This document shows, piece after piece, positions 8,478 to 17,657 of a stretch of 29,512 bases of DNA (positions within the stretch are counted from its first letter, which is position 1; each line of letters begins with the position of its first letter). Position numbers and translations under genes: made by a program. The notes beneath the pieces were generated by a model that was not told the DNA's origin, did not search any database, and was given only the letters and a program-made list of their open reading frames with translations. Origin of the DNA: Candidatus Firestoneibacteriota bacterium. Lineage in GTDB: Bacteria > Oederibacteriota > D2-FULL-39-29 > JBBTED01. The stretch spans positions 1 to 29,512 of the forward strand of contig JBBTED010000156.1 in NCBI GenBank assembly GCA_038042445.1, written 5' to 3'.

Positions 8478-9581
8478 ATGAAATTACTGTGTAAAAGAGA
8501 GGATTTATTAAAAACTATTTCTATAGTTCAAGGAATTACAAGTGGAAAAACAACAATGCCTATTTTAAATAATATTTTATTTAAAGCAGGACAGGATAAA
8601 GTAACTATTTCAGCAACAGATTTAGAAGTTACAGCTAAATATAACACAAAAATGAACGTGTCAAAACCAGGAACAACAACAATTCCAGGTAAAAGACTTT
8701 TAGAAATACTTAGAGAGCTTCCTGAAACGGATATTAATATAGATGTTGATGAAAATAATAAAATAACAATTTTATGTAATAAAATAAAATTTAAATTAAA
8801 TGGTCTTCCTGCTTCTGATTTTCCGGAACTACCAAATTTAATTAAAGAAGAGAAAAAACTTACAATTAAGCAAAATTTGTTTAAAAATATGATAAAAAAA
8901 ACTATTTTTGCCGCATCACAGAATGATATGAGGTATAATATAAATGGTGTTTATTTCACCTCTAAGGATAAAGAATTTACAATGGTCGCAACAAATGGGC
9001 ATATATTAGCATTAATAAAAGAAAAATTTGAAACTAAAATTGAAGAAAAAAAAGGTATGATTGTGCCTTTAAAAGTTTTAAATGAACTATTAAAAAATTT
9101 AGAAGATAATGAAAAAGATATAAATATAGGGCAAATTGAAAATCAAACAGTATTTAATTTAGAAAATATAGTTTTTACTTCACGGTTAATAGATGGTGAA
9201 TTTCCAAATTATGGACAAATAATTGATAAGCCATTCGATAAAAAATTTACTATAAAAACTGAAACATTTTTACAGGCTGTGAAAAGAATCGCAATTTTTG
9301 CAAGTAATGATACAAATATTATAAAGATGACAATTTCTAAAGATATGTTAAAACTTTCTTCCACTACTCCGGATGTAGGTGAAGCAGATGAAGAGCTTGA
9401 AATAAAATATTCAGGACCAGATGTTGTTTTTGGATTTAATGCTCGCTATTTACTTGAAATTATAAAAAATATTGATGACAGTGAGATTGAAATGAATTTT
9501 ATTGATTCTACTACTGCAAATATGATAAAGCCTGTTACATCTTCTAACTATTTCTTTCTTATTATGCCAATAAGGATATGA
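8478..9581 (+). CDS. dnaN: DNA polymerase III beta sliding clamp
   Basis: ATDLE, ATNGH-LA, SRLIDGEFPNY, GFNARYL and C-terminal IMPIRI. Shine-Dalgarno AAGGAGG; follows dnaA. Confidence 0.98.
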   Translation: MKLLCKREDLLKTISIVQGITSGKTTMPILNNILFKAGQDKVTISATDLEVTAKYNTKMNVSKPGTTTIPGKRLLEILRELPETDINIDVDENNKITILCNKIKFKLNGLPASDFPELPNLIKEEKKLTIKQNLFKNMIKKTIFAASQNDMRYNINGVYFTSKDKEFTMVATNGHILALIKEKFETKIEEKKGMIVPLKVLNELLKNLEDNEKDINIGQIENQTVFNLENIVFTSRLIDGEFPNYGQIIDKPFDKKFTIKTETFLQAVKRIAIFASNDTNIIKMTISKDMLKLSSTTPDVGEADEELEIKYSGPDVVFGFNARYLLEIIKNIDDSEIEMNFIDSTTANMIKPVTSSNYFFLIMPIRI

Positions 9582-9632
9582 AAAGAATAAAATATTAAAA
9601 ACTAAATATCAAAAAGAATGAAATAATATAGA

Positions 9633-10775
9633 GTGTGGCTTGAAAAAATTAAAATCCAGAATTTCAGAAATTTAAAAAATTGTAAGAACAATTTTTTAAA
9701 TACGTTAAATTTAATCACCGGTAAAAACGCACAAGGAAAAACAAATTTTTTAGAAGCTATATATTATCTTTGTGCTTTAAATTCTTTTCGCTCAACATCA
9801 GAATTAGATCTTATTAATTGGGAAGAAAACTATTTCCATATAAAATCTGAAATACAAAATAATGACAAAAAAAATACACTTGAAGTATCTGTTCTAAAGC
9901 AAAATAATTCTATTTCTGAGGGGGGGAAAATTAAAATCACAAAGCAGATAAAAATTGATGGTAAAAGCAAAACCTTATTAAAAGATTATCTTACTTGTGT
10001 CAAAACAATTTATTTTTCTCCTGATGATTTGTTAATCATTAAAGGGTCTCCTTCTCTTAGGCGCGAATTTTTTGATATAGGTCTATCTTTGGTTGATGCT
10101 GAATATCGGCAGATTTTACTGCGTTATCAAAAAGTTTTAAAACATAGGAATAGTCTATTGGAGACAATTTCAAAAGGGATATGTTCGTATGATGCTTTGA
10201 AGCCATGGAATGAACAGCTTGTAGATACAGGAACCTTTATAATAAAAAAAAGGCTTGAATATATAGAAAAATTATTACCTTATGCAATTGAAATAATGTA
10301 TAAAATATCTTCTGCAAAAGAAAATTTTGATATAAAATATATTTCATTTTTTCAGGATAAAAACTGTGACATAAAAGCAAGATTTATAGAAAAGCTTGAG
10401 GAAATTAAAAATTACGAAATAATAAGAAATACAACACTTGTCGGACCACACAAAGATGATGTAACATTCTATATTAACAGCAAGGATGCTAAGAGTTTTT
10501 GTTCGCAGGGTCAAATACGAACGATTTGTTTAGGGTTAAAACTTGCTCAGCTTGGGCTTGTGGAATTAAAATTTAATTGCACACCGATTTTACTTCTTGA
10601 TGATGTTTTTTCTGAGCTTGATAACTTACGGTCAAGATTTGTTCTTGAAACAATACTGGCAAAAAACATTCAAACCTTTATAACAACAACTACAATTAAA
10701 GAATTAGATAAAGATTTTGTCCAACAGGCACGAATTTTTACCATTGAATCAGGAAGATTAAATGAAACAGATTAG
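9633..10775 (+). CDS. recF: DNA replication/repair protein RecF
   Basis: GTG start. Motifs NFRN, GKNAQGKTN, GSPSLRR, GPHKDD, SQGQ and LLLDDVFSELD. Confidence 0.97.
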   Translation: MWLEKIKIQNFRNLKNCKNNFLNTLNLITGKNAQGKTNFLEAIYYLCALNSFRSTSELDLINWEENYFHIKSEIQNNDKKNTLEVSVLKQNNSISEGGKIKITKQIKIDGKSKTLLKDYLTCVKTIYFSPDDLLIIKGSPSLRREFFDIGLSLVDAEYRQILLRYQKVLKHRNSLLETISKGICSYDALKPWNEQLVDTGTFIIKKRLEYIEKLLPYAIEIMYKISSAKENFDIKYISFFQDKNCDIKARFIEKLEEIKNYEIIRNTTLVGPHKDDVTFYINSKDAKSFCSQGQIRTICLGLKLAQLGLVELKFNCTPILLLDDVFSELDNLRSRFVLETILAKNIQTFITTTTIKELDKDFVQQARIFTIESGRLNETD

Positions 10776-10816
10776 AGGATGTATTATACATATTTTTTGT
10801 GTGTTTTACTGTAGTT

Positions 10817-10895
10817 GGTAGTCGCAGGCTTTAGCCTGCGGTATTGCAGACTGAAATTTGAATTTTTAAATCGCAGGCTAAAGCCTGCGGCTACC
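10817..10895. repeat. GTAG-type REP dimer (REPIN-like)
   Basis: GGTAGTCGCAGGCTTTAGCCTGCG (10817-10840) ... CGCAGGCTAAAGCCTGCGGCTACC (10872-10895). Confidence 0.92.
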
Positions 10896-10915
10896 AGTAT
10901 AATACTTAATAAATT

Positions 10916-12436
10916 ATGATTAAAAGAGCTAAAGCAATAATGGTTCAGGGAACAGGTTCTCATGCCGGCAAAAGTGTGATAACTGCGGGTTTATGCAGGA
11001 TTTTTGCACAGGATGGGTATAAGGTTGCACCATTTAAATCTCAGAATATGGCTCTTAATTCGTATCCTACAGAAGATGGTCTGGAAATGGGAAGGGCACA
11101 GGTTATGCAGGCAGAGGCGTGTGGTAGAAAGCCTGAGATAGAAATGAATCCAATTCTATTAAAGCCGTCAAGTGATGTGGGTTGTCAGGTTATAGTTATG
11201 GGCAAGCCTTTTTGTAATATGAATGTGAAAAAATATCACAGATATCAAAAAAAAGCATGGGGAATTGTTCAACGTGCGTATAATAAACTTGCAAAAGAAA
11301 ATGACATTATTGTTATAGAGGGAGCTGGGAGCCCTGCAGAAATAAATTTAAAAAAGAATGATATAGTAAATATGAAAGTTGCTAAATTTGCCGAGGCTCA
11401 AGTATTATTAATTGGAGATATAGACAGAGGTGGTGTATTTGCTTCGCTTTATGGAACACTAAAATTAATTCCTAAAAATGAGCAGGATTTGATAAAAGGA
11501 ATAATTATTAATAAATTTCGTGGTGATGAAACAGTTCTTACACCCGGGCTTGAAAATTTTTCAAAACTTATAAAAAAACCTATTTTAGGAGTCATTCCAT
11601 TTTTTCAAAATATACGTTTAGATGAAGAAGATTCATTAGCACTTGAAGATAAACCAAAATTCAATAAATTTCATAATAGAGCCGGCAAAATTGAAGTTGC
11701 AGTTATTTGTTTGCCACATATGTCAAATTTTACAGATTTTGATCCTATTGAAGAAGATGAAGAAATATACTTGCGATATATAACTACAAAAGAAGAGCTT
11801 GGAAATCCTGATGTGATAATAATTCCCGGAACAAAAAACACAATGGAAGATTTAAAATTTTTGTATCTGACAAATATGGCTGATGCAATTCAAGAAAAAG
11901 CAAAGGCAAAAGTGATTATTATAGGAATTTGTGGTGGATATCAGATTTTAGGTAAAGAAGTAAAAGACCCATACAGTGTTGAATCTAATATAAAATATGT
12001 AAAAGGTTTGGGATTACTTGATGTTACAACTGTTATTGAAAAAAACAAAATAACCTGCCAAAGTGAAGCCGAATGGCTATATAATTTTGCTAAACATAAC
12101 AAAAATGAAAAACTAAAAGGATATGAAATACATATGGGAAGAACAACTCTTGCAAAAGAGACAAAGCCATTTTTAAAAATAATAAAACGCTCTGGCAGAA
12201 AAGTTAATAATTATGATGGCGCTATAAATAAAGAAGGTAATGTAATAGGAACATATTTGCATGGAATTTTAGATAATCTGTCATTTAGAATTTTCATGAA
12301 AAACCTATGCAAAAAAGAACAATGTAATTATACTTCAATAACTTCAGATTTTAACAAAGACGAAGAATATAACAAACTTGCAAATTTATTTCGTGAACAC
12401 CTTGACATCCCGCAAATTTATAAAATTCTCATTTAA
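10916..12436 (+). CDS. cobQ: Cobyric acid synthase
   Basis: MVQGTGSHAGKS, PFKSQNMALNS, EGAGSPAEINL, DIDRGG, SNFTDFDP, GICGGYQ, GYEIHMG and GTYLHG. Confidence 0.97.
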   Translation: MIKRAKAIMVQGTGSHAGKSVITAGLCRIFAQDGYKVAPFKSQNMALNSYPTEDGLEMGRAQVMQAEACGRKPEIEMNPILLKPSSDVGCQVIVMGKPFCNMNVKKYHRYQKKAWGIVQRAYNKLAKENDIIVIEGAGSPAEINLKKNDIVNMKVAKFAEAQVLLIGDIDRGGVFASLYGTLKLIPKNEQDLIKGIIINKFRGDETVLTPGLENFSKLIKKPILGVIPFFQNIRLDEEDSLALEDKPKFNKFHNRAGKIEVAVICLPHMSNFTDFDPIEEDEEIYLRYITTKEELGNPDVIIIPGTKNTMEDLKFLYLTNMADAIQEKAKAKVIIIGICGGYQILGKEVKDPYSVESNIKYVKGLGLLDVTTVIEKNKITCQSEAEWLYNFAKHNKNEKLKGYEIHMGRTTLAKETKPFLKIIKRSGRKVNNYDGAINKEGNVIGTYLHGILDNLSFRIFMKNLCKKEQCNYTSITSDFNKDEEYNKLANLFREHLDIPQIYKILI

Positions 12437-13487
12437 CAGTATCTTGTTTGCATCCACAGGAATGTCTTATAACTAATTGTGGTTGCAAAAGAATCTGATG
12501 CAGGTTTTGATTTTCTCCTTTTATAATATTAATAAGTGTCTGAGCTGATAATTTACCCATTTCATAATTTGGTTGCCTTATTGTAGTAAGAGGGGGCTGT
12601 AAATATTTTGCTATTAGTTTAAAATCACAAAAACCAGTTACTGCTATATCTTCAGGAACTTTTAATCTTTTTTCATTTATAGCTTCTATTGCTCCTATTG
12701 CCATCGCATCACTTGAAGTAATTACAGCATCTGGAATATTTCCACAATCTAAAAAATCTTTCATCAATAAGTATCCATCTTTTTCATCAGTATTACCCTC
12801 TTTTACTTGTGAATTATCAAATGGTAAATTGTATTTCATTAATGCAGATTTATAACCATTTATATAATTTTCGTAGCATAAAAATTTACTAAATCCAGTT
12901 ATAAGATAAATTTTTTTTCTTTTGTGCTGTTCAACTAAATGCTCAACTATTATTTCTGCAGCTTTAAAATGATCAAGGTCAACAAAACTGCCTTTTTGAT
13001 TTTTAGTGCTTTTACCTATAGTTATATAAGGCAAATTACTATCTTCCAATTTAAGAAAGGATTTTGTGCCAGTAATTAGCCCCATTAATATAAGACCATC
13101 CACTTTTTTTTCTTTTAATATCCTTATATATGATAATTCTTCTTCAATGATTTTTTGGGAAGTAATTATTTGTAAATTATAATCTATTTTATTTGTAATG
13201 TCTTCTATGCCACTTAATACTTCCGGAGTAAAATAGTCAGAAAATATAGACTCAGCTCTATGCGGTATAACTACTCCGATTGTATCTGTAGAAGTTGTAG
13301 CAAAATTTCTTGCAATAGAACTTGGATAATAATCTAATTGTTTTGATTTTTTTAAAATTTCTTTTTTTAATTTTTGACTTACACCTGGCTTATTATTGAA
13401 AGCTCTTGATATTGTTGCAGTAGAAACATTCAATATTTTAGCTAAATCTTTAATATTAATTCTTTTGTCAATTGTTTTAGTAACCAT
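12429..13487 (-). CDS. LacI family transcriptional regulator
   Basis: HTH IKDLAKILNVSTATISRAFN, VPEDIAVTGF, PPLTTIRQP and C-terminal RHSCGC. Confidence 0.95.
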   Translation of the reverse strand: MVTKTIDKRINIKDLAKILNVSTATISRAFNNKPGVSQKLKKEILKKSKQLDYYPSSIARNFATTSTDTIGVVIPHRAESIFSDYFTPEVLSGIEDITNKIDYNLQIITSQKIIEEELSYIRILKEKKVDGLILMGLITGTKSFLKLEDSNLPYITIGKSTKNQKGSFVDLDHFKAAEIIVEHLVEQHKRKKIYLITGFSKFLCYENYINGYKSALMKYNLPFDNSQVKEGNTDEKDGYLLMKDFLDCGNIPDAVITSSDAMAIGAIEAINEKRLKVPEDIAVTGFCDFKLIAKYLQPPLTTIRQPNYEMGKLSAQTLINIIKGENQNLHQILLQPQLVIRHSCGCKQDTVK

Positions 13488-13533
13488 TTACGTTTATAAT
13501 ATAATAGAATATCCAAAATTGATTTTTTGTCAA
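13478..13533 (-). promoter_or_regulatory. lacI-family gene promoter with a candidate operator over the start codon
   Basis: Minus strand TTGACA (13528-13533)-16nt-TATTCT (13506-13511). TAGTAA-CCAT-TTACGT at 13478-13493. Confidence 0.55.
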
Positions 13534-13559
13534 GGATAAAAACGTCAGAGGGGAATAAT

Positions 13560-16359
13560 TTATTTTATTACTGATATTTTGCCTTTTGTTTTGTTTCCTT
13601 TTTCATCGCTAATATAATATATGTAAATTCCACTTGCTACTTCTTCGCCATTGTTGTTTTTGCCATCCCATACCAATCCATAATATAATCCATAGGGTAA
13701 TGCAATTAATTCACTCCTGTCAAAATTCTTTACTAAATCTCCTGTTATTGTCCATATCTCTACTTTTGTGCTGTCTGTTAAATTTATTATTTTCATTACA
13801 CCGTCTTTTGCTCTGCTTGGTTTGAATGGATTTGGATATAGAACAATAGAACTTAAATCATTCGGTATCACTGTTGCTCCTATTGAATATATTGAAAAAT
13901 GGTTTATTTCTGCTTTCACTACTTTATTACTCTTGTCTACTAATTTTACTCCATCGCTTACTACTTCCCATTTCGTAGTTCCTTCATTTATTCTAACTAT
14001 TTTTAACCCTTCTACCTTGTAGCTTGTTCCATCTACTATTCCATCATTATTTGTATCTTCATACGGTATTTCTACTATTCCCATTACTTTGTTGCTTGCA
14101 TTTACATACTCTGTTTCATCTGATGCTTTTAGTATTTTAAATACTCTACTTGCATTTCGCAGTATTGTTAAATTAGATTTACCTGATGCTTCAGTTATTT
14201 TGCTTTGCTCATCATCATCCATCTGCATATTATTTTTAATAAGTATCTGAACATCTTCTGCTATTGTATTTGCATATATATTCACTGCTGTATTTGGATC
14301 TATGCTGGATGATGCTCTTCCTCCAACCATTGCTTTTATTCGTATTAACATGGCTTTTGAAATCTTGAAAGCCATTGCACCTTGTGGTGGTTGTGAAGTT
14401 GTGAAAGTTTGTTCTTGCCCATTTGTAGTTCCTAAATTGTTTATAGCTTTTACTCTGTAGTAATAAGTGGTATTAGCAGTAAGATTAGAAATATCAGCTG
14501 TGATGTTTTGGTCATTTGAACCAGTAAAATTCTGGATTGGAGTTTGGTTACCATAAATTCCAGAAGACAAACCATATTCAAAATATGCAGTTGTAGATAA
14601 TTCTTTTGGGTTGATTATTCCATTTAAAGTAGCCGAAGTTGAAGTGATGTTTGTGGCAGAGCCAGTGTTTGCAGCTGGAACAGAACCGTTTACTGTATAA
14701 GCATAAAGTTCCTGAACATCAGCATCTGTAAGAGCGCGATTATATAAACGGACTTCATCTATTTTTCCATTGAAATAACCAGTTGCAGCTCGTGAATGAC
14801 CTATTCTCATATCAGGATAAGCTGTCAATGGTACTACAGTATTTCCTGCGGTATGTGTTTGTGTATTAACCAATTGCCCGTCTATATATAATTTCTGCTC
14901 TCCTGTAGTTTTGTTGTATACACCTGCAACGTGATACCACGCTCCAACTGAATTAGTCATATTCTTTTGAGCTTCTCTTTTTGTTCTAGTACCACTTGCA
15001 TCCTTTGTTACTACAATAAAACCAATTGTATTAGGAGTCCACGACCCGAAACGCAACCCAAAGCCTTCCTCTAATTGTGAGTTTGCATTCCAGCTCCATC
15101 CTTCGAATATAGTATCATTGTTTACTGTATCATTAGAATTTTTATAGAACCATGCTGATACTGAAATCTCATCATTGTTGTTAACTGGCATTGATACATA
15201 ATCTGTGGTTCCATTAAAACTTAAACACTTATCTACTTTGCCTGTTACCCATGTAGCACCAATTACTGTTCCAGCATTGGTTCCAGCAGAATCAACTGCG
15301 TTTGTTCCACTTCCTTCGTCTAATTTGTAATACGCTTTGAGATTAGTGCCTATATTAGTGTAAAGTTCCTGAACATCAGCATCTGTAAGAGCGCGATTGA
15401 ATATGTTTTCCTGATTTGAATTTCCATTTTAAACTGCCAGTATTTGCATCTAATGCATATAAATATTTGTATTCTGACCCTATATATACTGTTCCATCTG
15501 TTACTTCAGGTGTTGCACGAACATATGCATAATCTGTTGTTTTATATTGCCATACTAAACTTGCGGAATTTTCATTATCTAAAACACAATATACATATCC
15601 ATCATTTGAACCAAAATATACCAAATTACCAACTCTAACAGGTGTAGATTTTACTTCTCTTCCTGTTGTATAAGACCATTTTAAAGCTCCATTGCTTGCG
15701 TTTATTGCATACACTTTAAAATCATCTGTTCCTATATATACAGTGTTGTTTGACACAGCTGATATACTTAATATATAGTTTTTACCATAAGGACCTGTTT
15801 GCCATTTTTGCTCACCACTATTTGCAGTATCCAATGCTCGGACATATTTACCATCAACTACAAAAAGTGTATTCGTTGATGATTCTAATGAAACATAATG
15901 GCTTCTATAATCATTTGCTGTTTGTTCCCATATTTTGGCTCCTGTATCTGCATTTATTGCTATGATACTTCCTTTGCTGTTTGTATAACCTGGACCTATA
16001 TATAAAACTCCATTATCAACAATAATATTAGAGATATGAGCTCCATTTCCATAAGTTATATTCACAGATAAATTATAACTCCATCTTAGTGATGCACTAC
16101 TACCTGCATCTGTAAATGCATACAATACACAATCACTACTACCCCAAAACTCCTTTGCAACTGCAGAATAAACAACAGTATCACTACCAATAGTAGCAAC
16201 TGCAGGTGTAGTCATAAATCTATTTCCATTTGGTGAAGCAACTTGCCAGTATAGACCTGTACAGTAACTATTCTTAATACCCAATACTAAAATTTGTAGA
16301 AGTAATAGTATAGAAATATTAATAAATAATTTTTTGGCAAAATTAACATTCTTTTTCAT
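13560..16359 (-). pseudogene. Disrupted large secreted protein: signal peptide, PQQ-like beta-propeller, LamG, FN3-like, C-terminal sorting-like domain
   Basis: ORF 15376-16359 has a signal peptide and BamB/PQQ-type repeats. The frame of ORF 13560-15191 stays open upstream to about 15428 (IFNRALTDADVQELYTNIGTNLKAYYKLDEGSGT...), overlapping the first ORF out of frame with no start or SD of its own. It ends in YPNPF...WDGKN..G..VASGIYIY. Confidence 0.8.
14704..15398. repeat. 38-nt exact direct repeat (14704-14741 and 15361-15398)
   Basis: TAAAGTTCCTGAACATCAGCATCTGTAAGAGCGCGATT occurs twice; both copies encode the LamG tail NRALTDADVQEL. Confidence 0.92.
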
Positions 16360-16418
16360 TTTTATCCCCTACTATGACCAATACTTAGTTTAATATGTTT
16401 CATATATATACTATTACT

Positions 16419-16505
16419 TATAGTAACTGTTTACTATATATAGTATATATCAAAACATTGATTTTGTTAAGTAAAAAATTATATTAAATAGTAATTGATT
16501 ACTAT
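16419..16505 (-). promoter_or_regulatory. Promoter bracketed by two candidate LacI-type operators
   Basis: TATAGTAA-CTGT-TTACTATA at 16419-16438 and ATAGTAA-TTGA-TTACTAT at 16488-16505. Between them, minus strand TTAACA (16465-16470)-17nt-TATACT (16442-16447). Confidence 0.7.
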
Positions 16506-16598
16506 AAAAATGTATTTAATATTCTTTGATAATGATATTAATTACCGTTCAGAACGAAGTATAGTGATAGGTTAGTTATTATAAGTAAATTTTTAATT

Positions 16599-16698
16599 GT
16601 AGTTGCTGATTTATCAGCATTTTAAAAAAGCAATTTATGTTTTAAAGATAAATTAACAAATTGGTTACTACAATTAATGCCGATAAATCGGCAACTAC
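16599..16698. repeat. GTAG-type REP dimer, with possible decayed TGTC-type arms outside it (about 16545-16560 and 16702-16718)
   Basis: GTAGTTGCTGATTTATCAGCA ... TGCCGATAAATCGGCAACTAC, same family as 419-468. Confidence 0.85.
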
Positions 16699-16760
16699 AT
16701 ATTGCGTTTTAGAATGGCTAACTTATTACATAAAATTTATAAGCTAAATATATATTTTAC

Positions 16761-17474
16761 TTAATTGGAATATTCCATTATTATTTCATCTTCTGTTAAA
16801 TCTTTGTTGTAGATTTTATACTCATCAAGAATTGCACTTTTACCATCGTCATGGTTCATAAGGAATTGTTTTGCTTTTGTCTGTTCAGGCATTTCCCAAT
16901 CTCCATCAAAAGAGCTGGATATTTTTCCATTAATATAGAGTTTCATTCCTGTTTTATTATTCCACGTTAAAACTATAAATGACCATTCATTTACAGGTAG
17001 AGGATTTTTATCCTGTTTATTTATTGGTTTATTAGATACTAACATTACACGATATTGCATAAAGTTAGCTTTTTCTCCCACGTATGCTTTGTAAAAAACC
17101 ATAGACTGTCTCCATTCGGAATCAAAAAAATATGAAAAAAATGTAAACTTCGTTTTATCATCTGTTTCCCATTCTGGTTTTATCCAAAATGATAAAGAAC
17201 CTTTCTCAGAATTAAATCCTTTAATTTCATAATGGATTTCGCTATTTTCTCCAAGATATAATCCTTCACCTTTATACCCTTTTTTTCTATCCATCTCACC
17301 TTTTTTTACTATTGCTTTTATATCACTATTACTGGAAAAATCAGCGTCTATGCTTTCATCATAAGAAGCATAAAATATTACATTTTCTTCTGATTTTTTT
17401 GCGTTTGCATAAGTATAGAAATTTAGTGCCAGAGTTACAACAGCAATACACATTACCACTATTACCTTTTTCAT
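16761..17474 (-). CDS. Secreted single-domain LamG/concanavalin A-like protein
   Basis: Start moved to ATG 17474 (MKKVIVVMCIAVV, SD AAGGGGG). Motifs FYASYD, GSLSFWIKP, W-FIVLTW, KLYING and DEYKIYNKDLT. Confidence 0.85.
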   Translation of the reverse strand: MKKVIVVMCIAVVTLALNFYTYANAKKSEENVIFYASYDESIDADFSSNSDIKAIVKKGEMDRKKGYKGEGLYLGENSEIHYEIKGFNSEKGSLSFWIKPEWETDDKTKFTFFSYFFDSEWRQSMVFYKAYVGEKANFMQYRVMLVSNKPINKQDKNPLPVNEWSFIVLTWNNKTGMKLYINGKISSSFDGDWEMPEQTKAKQFLMNHDDGKSAILDEYKIYNKDLTEDEIIMEYSN

Positions 17475-17497
17475 AAATATTCCCCCTTTGTTATAGT

Positions 17498-17653
17498 AGG
17501 TAATCGCAGGCTTTAAAGCTTGTGCCAAAAGGTGTCATTCTGAGGCGATAGCCGAAGAATCTCGTTTAAAAGTCTTTTAAAAACGAGATCCTTCACTTCG
17601 TTCAGGATGACAAAATGGACTTTTGGCGCAGGCTTTAAAGCTTGCGATTACCT
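17498..17653. repeat. GTAG-variant dimer (17498-17531, 17620-17653) enclosing a TGTC-type dimer (17533-17612)
   Basis: AGGTAATCGCAGGCTTTAAAGCTTGTGCCAAAAG ... CTTTTGGCGCAGGCTTTAAAGCTTGCGATTACCT surrounds TGTCATTCTGAGGCGATAGCCGAAGAATCTCGTTT ... AAACGAGATCCTTCACTTCGTTCAGGATGACA. Confidence 0.9.
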
Positions 17654-17657
17654 TATC

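Noticed and set aside
10776..10915. Cobalamin riboswitch upstream of cobQ
   Set aside because: The 140-nt gap is mostly a REP dimer and no B12-box-like sequence was seen.
14704..15398. 38-nt repeat as a DGR template/variable pair
   Set aside because: The copies are identical with no adenine-specific differences, and no reverse transcriptase is in the window.
15376..15428. Programmed frameshift joining the two ORFs
   Set aside because: The junction leaves an orphan LamG tail, which fits a deletion better; no convincing slippery site with a stimulatory structure.
16655..16671. AACAAA-TTGG-TTACTA as a fourth LacI operator
   Set aside because: Only one half-site matches; it is better explained as a decayed GTAG arm ending CTAC.
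17475..17528. N-terminal extensions in the ORF track (here, also 28499-28534 and 3225-3251)
   Set aside because: They start in repeats or in the upstream gene, while downstream ATGs have good SDs and family-typical N-termini.
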